Source of the DNA: Octopus vulgaris
Taxonomy: Eukaryota
Assembly (NCBI GenBank): GCA_951406725.2
Contig: OX597815.1
Location: 117,366,001 to 117,430,000, forward strand
Length of the DNA: 64,000 nucleotides
Direction of reading: 5' to 3'
Both the position numbers and the translations under genes were made by a program. Shown here piece after piece: positions 43,827 to 57,186 of this stretch; within the stretch, counting starts at the first letter, position 1; each line of letters starts with the position of its first letter. The notes beneath the pieces were generated by a model. It had not been told where the DNA came from. It did not search any database and was given only the letters and a program-made list of their open reading frames with translations.

Positions 43827-44116
43827 ACGTATGCACATGAAACAGGTATTAAAAACTATAGCACGTACACACGCATACATGCACACATATACACACACAC
43901 ATACACGTTTATACATGGATATTCATCCGTGAGCTGGATAAAATGTTTCGCAGTAATTCTTTCGGATTTCTACGTTTTGATCAAACCTCAACGAGGATAA
44001 CTTTGCTTTTCATCTCTCCGGGGTTAGTTAACGGGGTTGATGCTATAATTATCCTCCCTCTAAAATATTGTGCCTAAATTAGAAATTAGTTGTAAGCACC
44101 CACATTGCACATATAC

Positions 44117-44157
<41 letters not shown>

Positions 44158-44345
44158 CATATACACTTGTTTCAGTCATTTGACTGTGGCCATGCTGGAG
44201 CACCGCTTTAGTTGAGCAAATCGGCCCCAAAACTTATTCTTTGTAAGCCTAGTACTTATTCTTTCGGATTTCTACGTTTTGAGCTCAAACCTCAACGAGG
44301 ATAAACACACCAATATCGGCTGTCGAGCGATGTTGGGGGGACAAA

Positions 44346-44413
<68 letters not shown>

Positions 44414-44679
44414 AAACGCTGCCTTGGGCGCTTTAAATCTGGGGAGCTTCTTTTTGTTTCCGTCTACCAAATCCACTCACAAGGCTTTGGTCGGCCCGAG
44501 GCTATAGTAGAAGACACTTGCACAAGGACTGAACCCGGAACTACTTACCACACAGCCACTCCTGCGCCTATATTTTACTCGTTTAAAATGCAAGAAGACG
44601 ACATATAAATTTAGTCCGTTTAAGTTTAACACGTGCTCACTTCATTTACGTCATTTTACTTGTACTGCACACACATACA

Positions 44680-44740
<61 letters not shown>

Positions 44741-45039
44741 AAACGCTGCCTTGGGCGCTTTAAATCTGAGGAGGGTCACAAATTCTGAATAACTTAAAAA
44801 TTTCTTAATCCAACTAAAAATATGAAATCTTAGTAATAATGAGATCAGGTGAAGCCACTCCCAGAACAAACGAAAATAACGGGTATGCGGTGATGTGGGG
44901 AGATGAATTGGTCATGTGGTGTTATGACCAATCACATGATTTGGTTAAAAATATTTCTAATTTTGCCAGACAAAAAATGTTGTTCAGTTATATATATAAA
45001 ACTATGGATTTATTGTTCGCAAGTTAATTATAATTTTTC

Positions 45040-45620
45040 GACAGCATTTTTCAGCTGCTGTAAAGACGTGATTGCTGGAGAAAGTTGTAGAAAAATAAGT
45101 GAGGAAGGTGTACGCAATTTAAGGCTTGCTCTTAGCATTGCAGTACAGATACTGTCATGTGTAAGGCAGAAGTGACGTCAAAGAATCCCTACGGAGCGAC
45201 GGACGTGCATAAACATGCGGGAACAAAGATTACAGTGAGAACAGGGAGGAGATGGAAGTAAGCCAAAGCAATCCAAGAAGCAGTGGCCATTTTTGAGAAT
45301 GTGACACAGAGTAAAGCAGAACTTAAAAGGCTCAACAACAAACGATCGTATATGATATGGTTAGCTAGCTTAAGAGACAGAAACTGGCGTAGGAGGGAGA
45401 GCAGAGTAAAACAGAGTAGCCAGCGTTGGATTAACAATTAAGCGAAACAGTACATGTTTATGACATCAAAGGAAAGGGGGACCACAAAGATGGTAAATGG
45501 TTTACGGCACAAAAAGAAATCACTTTAAACTTGCTAAATAATATACGAAGCGGTTTATAAGATCGGAAATATAATTTCAAAGTGTTCATGGTGTCATAGT
45601 GAGGATCTGATTAAAGACTT
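45040..45620 (+). mobile_element. Highly decayed non-LTR retrotransposon remnant (HERO-like)
   Basis: VRTGRRWK*AKAIQEA resembles the VRTGRKW.A.EAV motif of HERO-type RLE elements. Confidence 0.4.
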
Positions 45621-46909
45621 AGCAGCTGAAAGAAGGAGAACACTTTTCAAATGTAACTAATGTAGAAGTATATAAAAATAAGCGTTATGTTCTATCTTAC
45701 AGTTAGTTTTGCTTCATTTTGAAAAATGAAAATCTATTTCATGGTTTATAATTGTTTAAATTTTGAATTACATATATATGGGCATACCAAACATTTTTTC
45801 AAGTGATTAGGACCTCTATGGGTCTTAATCCGGCCCTGAAGGTAGTGGTAATGCAGAAACAGGATACATGGATACGGTGGGAGCAGGTGATAGAGAGAAA
45901 TGACACTAGGCAGTGTCATGAACTTGATTCTCTGTGAGTTCATGATTTGGGAGTGGGGTGTCTGTGACGTCCTTCCCAGTCCATCCAACCAACTTCCATG
46001 AGACATAATGAAACGCCTGCGTGTTGCTCTTCTTCTAAACTAAACAGTTGCACCAAGGCACTGAGTGAGGAGCAATGTCATAGGGGAAAAGGTCAGGTCC
46101 TCAAAACTATCTGCGAGCCAATCAGCAGGGAGAACAGAGAAATATTCACAGTATTTTAAGGCGGTTAGCAAGCCTGGCGAAATGCGGTATTTCGTCTGCC
46201 GTTACGTTCTGAGTTCAAATTCCGCCAAGGTCGACTTTGTCTTTCATCCTTTCAGGGTCGATAAATTAAGTACCAGTTACGCACTGGGGTCGATGTAATC
46301 GACTTAATCCCTTTGTCTATCCTTGTTTGTCCCCTCTATGTTTAGCCCCTTCTGGGCAATAAAGAAATAAGAAATATTCACAGTACAGCCAGAAAGATGG
46401 CTTTTGTTAAAAAGAGAAGAAAAGGCATAAGAACAGCTTCGATGGTTTACTTTCCACAACACACGATTTGATGAAAAAAAAGGTGACCGGGAGAAGCAAA
46501 TAAATTCTATCACATATCATCTAGAACAGATATCATCTTGGTTTCTGAGACAAGCAGCTAATCCAGTTAACTGTATTCTGGGGAGGAAAAGGAAAGGATG
46601 AAAGAGATGCAAAAGAGGACGAGAGCTAATCACACACACACACACACACACATGCTTTTCATGAACGTTTTCCCTTCTCTGAACCTTTCCTTTCTTATCT
46701 TTCTGACGAAGAGCTATGCTCGAACCGTTAAAAACTCACTCTTTTCCCCGCCTTTCCTGAGCGTCAAGCTAATACGTTCCATATGTACGTTCTTTTGTTG
46801 TTTTGTTATTTTTGATATTCGATTTGACTATGTGTGTGTGTGTGTGCGTGTATGCGTGTGTGTGTATGTATGTATGTATGTATGTATGTATGTATTTATG
46901 TATGTATGT

Positions 46910-47476
46910 AAAAGAGGTATAAGGACTTGCTGAAGGCTTCCTTAAGAGATGCTTGCATCTCTCCTGACACACGGGAAGGCATAGCTATTGATCATAGCAG
47001 GTGGAGAAGGATTGTGCACGAGGGGACAGCTACTTTTGAGAAATCTCGAGTTGCACATGAGAAAGTAAGGAGGGATTTCAGGAAGGGCATCGCTGTTACA
47101 CTTCCAGATGGGAAGGGTCTTCTTATGATGCTGACATGCAGTGTCTGTGCAAGACCCTGCCTCAGTAAAGCTGGACTCAAGAGTCATCTTCGTAGTCATA
47201 AAGCGAAACAGATGAGTGACAACCTGGCTAATCATATCTATCGTGCATGTGGAAGAGAGTGTAATTCGGCAGGAGGACTTAAACGACATGCAAAGGTACA
47301 TGAAGCCCAATTACAACTACAGTCAGCTATTACCGGTAAGGGTTTTAGCTGCCAATTCTGTACAAGACATTGTAGATCTTTAGCTGGGCTTAAAAGTCAC
47401 ATTCGATCACAGCACCAACAACAGTTAAGCTTCGTGCAATGGCCATACTCGATAACGAGGGGGCAGTCATCATCAT
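46910..47476 (+). mobile_element. 3' end of an RTE (BovB-type) LINE with C-terminal C2H2 zinc fingers
   Basis: KRYKDLLKASL, AIDHSRWRRIVHEG, FEKSR, then three C2H2-type fingers and a (CAT)n tail. Inserted in (TATG)n. Confidence 0.85.
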
Positions 47477-47477
47477 G

Positions 47478-47531
<54 letters not shown>

Positions 47532-47532
<1 letters not shown>

Positions 47533-48408
47533 TAGCTGACGTACCCGGTAATTTCCGGGAAAGCGGGGCTTATCCCTTGGTTCCGTTCTTATATTTGTTT
47601 CGCTAATCCAGTAACAAACAATACAAAGTATGTAGCCCCTAAAACGGTTTTTGTGAACTTATTGAGAATACCGAACTGTCTTACACAGGATCTTGTTTTT
47701 AGGAATTACCAATAGGTTATGAATACCTAAATTGTAAAGTCAGCTATGTAATAACATGAAATTAGTTACCCGATAGTAAGAATTCAAATAAAGTAGTCCC
47801 CAAAAGGGCTTTAATACGTTCCAAGAGTATATAGAACTTAAGAGGAAATACTAATAAGGTATGTATACTAAAATCGTGAAGCTTATTACGAAATAACAGG
47901 CTAATCAGATATGAGAGAACAACAATTCAGAGTAAATAACTCAGACAAAAACCTTTTGTCCATTCGCAGAGACAATTACTCTCAGCGGCGCTAGTGTTGG
48001 CATATTCGGGAATAAGCTACTAACCGAAATAAGAGGATCTATTGTTTAGGAAAATACTATTCACTTGTTTAAGCATTGTACTGGATAAATTGCGAAAATA
48101 ACTCAAATAGTTCAAATACTTAGCAATAAGCATCCTCAATTTGATTTATACAAAATAATTTAGGAACATGAATGGGTTATTTCCCTTGGATGTCTAAAAA
48201 TAATACATTTGTTATATGTAGTTGATATAAGAATCCCTTCCAGGTGCCCTATTATCGATTTTTTTCAATAATCTAAGTATGTCACTAGTTTTCCAGACAT
48301 GAGTTCTATACACGTGTCAAATTTCATCAAAATCGATAAAACGATGTAGGAAGAGTTAAATTAACGCCACAAACAAACACACCCACAGATTTCCACATAT
48401 GTAGTAGA
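47532..48408 (-). mobile_element. Non-autonomous Helitron-like element (second copy)
   Basis: 5' TCTACTACATATGTGG, 3' CCCGG-aaatta-CCGGG hairpin plus CTAA. About 170 bp of the 5' region is homologous to 27215-27380. Confidence 0.72.
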
Positions 48409-48483
48409 TATATAATTGTGTGTGTGTGTATATATATATGTATGTGTGTATATATATAAAGTTGTGTGTGTGTGTGTGTATGC

Positions 48484-48555
<72 letters not shown>

Positions 48556-48643
48556 GTGTGTGTGTATGTGTGTTTTATGTAAGACAGGTCCGTGTCCAGC
48601 TTAAAATTTTTTATCACTGGTAGCTACATTTCCTTACTTGTCT

Positions 48644-48705
48644 TTCGCATATGAGAGCCACTGATTATGAAATATATTTCATAATCAGTGGCTCTCATAT
48701 GCGAA
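48644..48705. repeat. Perfect 62-bp palindrome with no spacer
   Basis: TTCGCATATGAGAGCCACTGATTATGAAATA|TATTTCATAATCAGTGGCTCTCATATGCGAA. Confidence 0.97.
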
Positions 48706-48930
48706 TTTCCTTATTTGAAGCGTCTTTTGAGGACAACAATTTAAAAGCTCGTCTCAGAAAGGGTTTTTACTAGAGAAATTCTTTATCTATAGAAACAATT
48801 ACTATTCCCATGCTCCTGCATACATAGGTATAAGCATCAAAGAAGATAAATTTACATACATTATATATGCACAAAACGTACATACATAAACACACACACG
48901 TCTATATATCAGCCTGCCTGCCTGCCTGCC

Positions 48931-48981
<51 letters not shown>

Positions 48982-49271
48982 ATATATCTAACCTATCTAT
49001 CTATCTAACTATCTTTCTGTGATACACGATCCCTATTGATCATTTTTTCCTTTCTTTTCTCTTTCTTTTTTTTCTCCTTTTTACGATTCCTTTTGATCGA
49101 AAACCTACCCTCATTTTTTTCTCCCCAAAAAGAAAAGCTCTACCTTGTAATTTGTCCCGTTTGTGTGCAGCCCTGTGTGGTTAATAAAGAAACATATCTA
49201 TCTGTCTTTCTGTCTGTCTGTCTATTTGTCTTTCTATCTATCCATCCATCCATTCGTCCGCCCGTCCGTCC

Positions 49272-49304
<33 letters not shown>

Positions 49305-49305
49305 C

Positions 49306-49382
<77 letters not shown>

Positions 49383-49464
49383 CGTCCGTCTGTCTGTCTG
49401 TCTGCCTGCCTGTCTGTCTTTCTATCTATCCAACCATCCGTCCGACTGTCTGTCAGGCGGTCTG

Positions 49465-49591
<127 letters not shown>

Positions 49592-49600
49592 GTCTGTCTA

Positions 49601-49637
<37 letters not shown>

Positions 49638-50929
49638 ATCTATCTATATACAGCCACACATTCTAATACATACAAGCGACACGAAACAGTTTGAAGCGTT
49701 AACGCGATTAAGTTATTAAGAGTATTATTGATAAATGAAAGAAAGACACGATTGTGTCGATGAACTGTTGTTATGGTTGTTTTTGTTGCTCTTACTGCTG
49801 TGGTTGCTGCTTAGCCTGAACTCAAACTTGATCCAAGTGAACTTGATCAAATGCATTCCAGCTTTGATAATTCTGAATATGTTTTGTCAGACACAGCGAA
49901 TTTGTACACGTTATCTAGCGCTTCCTTCCTTACTTTGAGACGTCTGGATGTAATTTAAGAGAATGTAGCTGCTATTTCTAGCAGACCGAATGACTACACA
50001 GATGCCCCTTGTCTGGTTTGTGTTTCTTAGTTTGTGACGGCAGACAAATACGAACGGCAATGTAGGCAGATACAGTACCCAGCGGATTAGTAGGGACATA
50101 TCTAGTTAATATTGGCTTCAAATTTTGGCATAAAGCCAGCAACTTCGGTGGAAGGAGTAAGCCAATTACATCGGCTACTGGTACTTATTTTATTGACCTC
50201 GAAAGGATGAAAAATAAAGTGGACCTCCGTGGAAATTTAACTCAGAACGAAAAGATGGATGAAATACCGCTAAGTATTTTGTATACCAAGTTAATATTCA
50301 TTACTGACTATGTGCCAATTACACAAAATATTGGAAATATTATCTACATTCTGAAACGTATTTTAGGTAGCGAATTTTAGGTACCAAACGATTTTGTCTC
50401 AAGTATTTATAAACAAACAAAAGCTCTAACCTAGTTCTATATTTCTTGACATTAATATTCATCGAATTTATTAATTCCATTTGACTGAGCGTGATTTTAT
50501 AAGAATGATGATTGTAATATTTACCCGTGAGCTTGCAGAATCGTTAGCACACCGAGCATTTCGTTCGACTTTACCTTTCATCTTTCCGGGGTCGATAAAA
50601 TAAGTACCAGTTAAACACAGGGGTTGATGAAATCGACTTGACCCTTCTAACGAAATAGCTGGTCTTGTTCCAAAATTTGAAATCAATATTTAAGTGACTC
50701 TAAGGCGGTGATCAAGCAAAATCATTAGCGCATCGGAAAGATGGTAAACGGTATTTTCCCGGCTCTTTAGATTCTGAGTTCAAATACTGCAACGGTTGGC
50801 TTTTCCTTTTATCCTCTGGGATCAATAAAATAAGTATTAATTAAGCATTAGGGGCAATTTAATTAACTTCCCTTTCCCTCCAAGCTGCCAGTCTTTCTCC
50901 TAATTTGAAAGAAAATTTTTTATCAGACT

Positions 50930-51190
50930 TGACCTACGGTATCAGTGGTGCATTGTAGATCCTGAGGTGGCCTACGAGGAGGCCAATTTTGGCATGGAGT
51001 CTGAAATTACAGTGGTGATACGTATTAGCAGAGTCGAGGTCCGGTGGGACTCTTGCTTTCCGTGTAGCCCTCTTTCTCTTTAGCATTTCTGATCATATCC
51101 GATCTTGTGTGCTATATTCCAGAGTACGCAGCACTTCGTCACGATGAGCGATCTCGAGCAAGATGTTCCCACGCTGACCGTGCAAAGTTA
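50930..51190 (-). mobile_element. Decayed RTE 3' end
   Basis: Remnants EIAHRDEV and YHHCNFRLHAKIGLLVGHLRI resemble the RTE terminal zinc finger (C..C.R...RIGL..H.R.H). Confidence 0.5.
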
Positions 51191-52151
51191 CTACCACCCG
51201 CAAAGAATTCGTATTTGATAAATGCTACACAAAATATCGCAAGAAAAAAATCAACAACAAAAAAGCGAAAGACAAAACAAAACGAAAATCAGGCACACAC
51301 ACACACACACACACACACAAAATCTTAGGTAGAGATTGTTTAAGCAGTCTGTACTACTGTGAGTCTTTATCCAGTTTAATCATACAGATTAACTGTCTGT
51401 CTGGATAAAAGGTTACCAAAATTATGAATGATTGTAGCAAATGCTTTTGACAACTTTAAAAAAGCAAGGATTAAATATTATCTCAACCGAGCATTTTACA
51501 GCAGTAAAAAGTTGATAATCTTTGTTGAATTCCAGTTAATATCTTTAATCTCCTACATGTCTTATTTATATATTTCAGTTATACCTAGTTTTTTTATAAA
51601 CGCAGCTCATATATTTAAAATACCATCAATTCTAGGTATCTGTACATTGGTACAATAGTACATTCCTACCTATCTTTTTGTGTGACGCTAAAACATGAGA
51701 GAAATAGAAGGGAAGAGAGAGAGAGAGAGAGAGAGAGAAAGTGGGAGAGAAGGACTGAAATAGAGATAGATAGATAGGTATAGTGAGAGAGAGAGAGAGA
51801 GGGAAAGAAAAAGAGATATGATTCTAAGAAGTGAGAGTCCGAGTGAAAGTGAGAGCAAAGTTTGTGACGTCACTGCGTCTTTAGTTATCTCATTCTTTTC
51901 ATGCACACGCTTCTGTAATGAAATGTTTGGAATGGCGTCTTGGAACATAAAATTATGGCATATTAGTTGAAAGTGTTATTCCATTACAAAACTGGAAAAA
52001 TGGCTAAGATTGTGTGTGTGAGTGTGTGTGTGTGTGTAAATATAAATAGAAACGTAAAGGTAATTATTGCATTTATAATAATATAAACAAATAAACAAAT
52101 AAAATTAAGTATGTTACATATATGTGTGTGTGTATATATATATACACACAT

Positions 52152-52211
<60 letters not shown>

Positions 52212-52889
52212 GTATTTATATAAAGAAGAAATGTTCCTATTTATGTAGACCACGCGATGGCTTTCCATAGTATTTCTCTCTATCAAATTTCACTCAAAGA
52301 ATTTACCAACTCTGGGATATTGTAGAATTGTTAGAATCCACAGGACACCGAAGCAGCTACCATGCTTCATTCACAGGGTCTGAAGGTGGCAATCTAGCCT
52401 AACGAAGTTTTTCTTATATGAATATAACGATGGGGAACAATATATTAAGATTTGTCAAAGCTTTACCAGCATAGTTTACCAGCATAGCTGTAGAACGATC
52501 TTAAAGACAGATTGCCTCCGATTTTGATTCATGTTTAAGATTATTTACTTCTCGATGTAAAATGAAAAATAATAGGGGACAATTCTCAAGATAGAAGATG
52601 TAGAAGCAGTGACAAGTGTATAACAAGAACTACAGCTTTCAGAAATATTGTCTCTTAGGATTACATATTCAATACTACCTATGTGGATGGACTTTTACAC
52701 TATCTAAAGAAATAAATGTTTGAAGCAAAATACAAGTTCAAAAGAAATTATGTTCTATGCTTCTCCATGAACATCAAATCATCTTACAGTTTTTAAAATA
52801 CAAGTGGTTTTTTTTATTTATATGTAATGCTTGTTCGAAATGATTATACATGATTATATCTCGCTGAGTAGAGGTTCTCGGGTTAGAAA

Positions 52890-53400
52890 TACGACTCTTT
52901 TCCATACATTTGCCGAAGTTGGGTAATAATGGTCAGTGGAGCGGTTTAGCGACTCTTTTCCATACATTTGCAGAAGTTGGGTAATAATGGTCAGTGGAGT
53001 GGCTTAGTGAGAGACAGACAAGTTTAGAAACTTCCCGGACGTTGACAAGAATATTATAGAGATGTTCACAGAAACGGTCGTCCAACCCGTGTCTCGTCTG
53101 GTTAATATACAGAGCATTGTAGAGTTTGCATAATATGCAGTATATTAGGTTACCAGAAGATGCAATCGAAGGGGTTAGTAACGTTACTATGAACATGAAA
53201 TCTAGTAAAATGTTGTTGGGTATATGAAGTGGCAAGTAAGGTGGAACCAAGTGAAAGTAACAGGTTGAAGTTTGACTTGAGATAAAAGGAGTTCCTGAAG
53301 TGACACGATATTCTCTTCGTCTCTGTAAGACAAAGGACAAACATCACAGAACATTAGATTCGTTGCTCTTCGCGACGATTTAACTATCAAACTCACGTAG
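52890..53400 (-). mobile_element. Penelope-like element remnant (GIY-YIG endonuclease)
   Basis: ORF 52933..53340 has SSGNLIYCILCKLYNALYINQTRHGLDDRFCEHL, a degenerate IY-C..C...YIGQT.R.L..RF.EH motif. Confidence 0.8.
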
Positions 53401-54539
53401 AAGCTCGTGGATTAATTATTTACTTTGTACACTCCTTAGATTTGCCTGTCAGAAGTGATTCGTTGGTCGAGTTGTTTGTGGGTGGGAAGGTATAAAGGTA
53501 TAAAGATCTTAATATACTGAAGTTTAGCTTTTTCTAATAAAGACTGATGTGACAGATATTTCTTAGAATGGCCATATATAATCTACTATTTCGATATTTG
53601 TATTCATCAAAGAAACTGGAAGAATAATAAATCGTAAAGTTTACCAATAATTTCCATGATTTTTCTTGTCAACTATGGTGATTCTATTTCTATTTTAGAT
53701 GGCTAGCTTTATCGCATACACTGTAATATACTGATTCTGGTGGAGAATTATTCTCTGAGTACACATGTCTGCGGAATACTAAACCACTTAAATGGTAATT
53801 CCGTTGATCAAACGACTGAAATACTCATCACTGGGGACCGACGGGAGAGTCGAAAATTTCACGCTGTCTGTATATGCTTCAGACTAGCGATTCGAATTTG
53901 TTTCTAGATGACTCGAGCATACGATGCTGATGAGCTGAAATAACAGCGAAATATCAATACCCACCCTTCCCGTTCACCTACAAGGCGATTTTGTTTCCCC
54001 TGGATTTGAGAGATTTAGTGTTTTTTAACACTTGACGTTTTAAAAGCGGCTTCCAGGATAAAATACCGCAGCTAATAAGCATATACACAAAACATATATT
54101 AAGAATGTGACACTGGTAAAATTTACATTATTTGAGCAGTTTCTAAACCAAACATTATATATATATATATATTCTTTTATTTGTTTCTGTCATGAAGGAG
54201 CACCGCATTTTAGTCGAATAAATTGACCCCAGGACTTATTCTTTGTAAGTCTAGTACTTACTCTATCGGTCTCTTTGCCGAATCGCTAATGTTACGGGGA
54301 CGACATAAACACATCAGTATCGGTTGTCAAGCGATGTTGGGGGGGGGGGGGAACAAACACAGACACACACGCACACACATATATGCGACGGGCTTCTTTG
54401 AGTTTCCGTCTACCAAATCAACGCTTTGGTCGACCCGCGGCTATAGTAGAAGACACTTGCCCAAGGTGCCACGCAGTGGGAGTGAACCCGGAACCATATG
54501 GTTGTTAAGCAAGCTACTTACCACACAGCCACTCCTGCG

Positions 54540-54621
<82 letters not shown>

Positions 54622-54955
54622 AACATACATGATTAGTTGTTAGGTTGCATAATTTTTATAGGTCAATGTTTAATATTAGCGTATGTGCATCTTCTGATGT
54701 ACACATTTGAATGGAATATGGCCGGTGAGTGTGTGTGTGTGTGAGGTGAGTGAGGCGCGTGTTTATGAGTGTCTGTGTGTATACACACACATCTACACAC
54801 ATACTTGTACACACACACATACATATGTATTTTCCTACGAATGTATAATACTCACATAACGTATATATGTAAGTATATGCATATGATGCATGTATATATG
54901 TATAGACACACACACACACACATAAAGCATACATGTATATAAAGATACATACATT

Positions 54956-54992
<37 letters not shown>

Positions 54993-55030
54993 TATATTAT
55001 ATATTATATTTTCTTTTCGTAACATATTTC

Positions 55031-55095
<65 letters not shown>

Positions 55096-55178
55096 ATACA
55101 TATATGTAACACAAATGCACATATACATATATATTAATATATATGTATGTATGTATGTATACACATACACACACACGC

Positions 55179-55256
<78 letters not shown>

Positions 55257-55342
55257 ATTATCAATATAGGGTGGCAAAAAAAATTTTGTAGAATTTTTTT
55301 GCCACCAGCGCCTAGTGGGAAAAAATTAAATAGTCATATACC

Positions 55343-55426
<84 letters not shown>

Positions 55427-55799
55427 GCACATGCAAATATATACTTGTATATGTATGTCTGTATACTTATACCTATAAATAATTATATATATATATGTAC
55501 TTGTGATGGTGCATGGCCTAGTGGTTAGGGTTGTTGCACACACGATCTAGCGATCATGAGTTCAATTCCTAGACCGGGTGGTGCGTTGTGTTCTTGAGCA
55601 AAACACTTCACCTCACGTTGCTCTGCGATCACACTGTACATCTGTTCAGACAACGTCGATTTGATGGAGTGAGTGAGCTAATGTGCTGCACGAACATTTC
55701 ATCACCATAAACAAATTTGTGCAGGCCGCTCGGCAAAATCATTGCCTTCGTCGTCTTCGACGGGAGAGTTCACCATGTATGCACTTATACATACACACA

Positions 55800-55856
55800 T
55801 GAATGCATACATACATACATACATACATACATACATACATACATACATACATACAT

Positions 55857-55927
<71 letters not shown>

Positions 55928-56079
55928 CAGATATATATGTGTGTATGTGTATATATATATATATACACACATACTTATGCATCGTTTGACTGTTTTTATG
56001 TATGTATGAATGTAAGTATTACGTATGTATGTATGTATGTATGTATGTATGTATGTCTGCCTGCCTGTATGTATGTATG

Positions 56080-56113
<34 letters not shown>

Positions 56114-56346
56114 TGTATGTATGTATGTATGCCTGACTGTCTGTCTTTCTGTATGTATATATGTATGTATGTCTGCCTGTATGTATGTATGTATGTATGT
56201 ATGTATGTATGTATGTATGTATGTATGTATGTATGTCTGCTTGTTTGTCTGTCTGTCTGTATGTATGTATGTATGTATACATGTATGTATGTATGTATGT
56301 ATGTATGTATGTATGTATGTATGTATGTATGTATGTATGTATGTAT
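55800..56346. repeat. (TACA)n/(CA)n/(TA)n/(TATG)n microsatellite block, representative of many such tracts (e.g. 29170-29325, 38990-39190, 39765-40083, 49195-49650, 54540-55420)
   Basis: Directly visible simple repeats. Confidence 0.97.
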
Positions 56347-56449
56347 CAAACAAAATTCAAAACGGTGAGAAATCTAGAATTCGTAGTCATAACAAGAAAA
56401 AAAAAAAGCTCGAAAAGGTGAAGAAAACTTCCCCCTTGAGAAAACTTAC

Positions 56450-56482
56450 CTTTGAGATCGACGTATTTCCCCGGGGCGCCAT
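56450..56482 (-). CDS. Candidate first coding exon MAPRGNTSISK (possibly a distal start of the transporter)
   Basis: caaATGGCG start context, consensus AAG|GTAAGT donor, phase 0, in a CpG-containing non-repetitive island. Confidence 0.45.
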
Positions 56483-56594
56483 TTGAAACAGTAGCGTAAT
56501 AGCGAGCGCTCTGTGTAAAACTTAATAGTTGAAACGATGCTGATGGACTGAACAGAAACGAGTACAACTTGCTTAGTTTAATCTTCTCAACGCA

Positions 56595-56673
56595 ATGGCG
56601 ACTAATGACGATTTCATTGACAGCCAATCCTGCTTATTGTCATCCAGCTCTCGCTTCACAGGAGAAAACCTCT
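56595..56673 (+). CDS. Candidate first coding exon of a divergent gene (MATNDDFIDSQSCLLSSSSRFTGENL)
   Basis: gcaATGGCG start, 26 open codons, then a gtaagt donor (phase 1). No downstream exon was identified in the window. Confidence 0.4.
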
Positions 56674-56739
56674 GTAAGTGATGTACTTCGTGTGCGTAGT
56701 GGATGCGTGAGTGTGTGTGTGTGAGAGAGAGAGCTTGTG

Positions 56740-56792
<53 letters not shown>

Positions 56793-56951
56793 TATGCGTG
56801 TGTGAGGTGGTGGTGGTGTGTGTAGTGTGTGTGCGTGTGTGTGTTAAATTGCGTATTTATATAGTTTCGTAATATAAATTGATTACGTTATGTCTTGCTT
56901 ATGTAGACGTGTACCCAGCTTTTCATTAAACTTTTACAAACTTCTAGACAC

Positions 56952-57029
<78 letters not shown>

Positions 57030-57129
57030 GAAAGTAAGAACTTACCTAACCACCTTTCCATCTACCTATAAATCCACATCTGCATCCCTCACTAAATACA
57101 ATCTATCTAAAGAGAACCATATCTTCACT

Positions 57130-57186
<57 letters not shown>

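Noticed and set aside
46927-47535. Stand-alone C2H2 zinc-finger transcription factor gene
   Set aside because: It has no TGEKP linkers, is preceded by RTE ORF2 motifs and is followed by a (CAT)n LINE tail.
53927-53951. CTGATGA-GCTG-aaataa-CAGC-GAAA hammerhead core
   Set aside because: The core and stem II are present, but I could not find compatible stems I and III with an NUH site. At best it is a relic.
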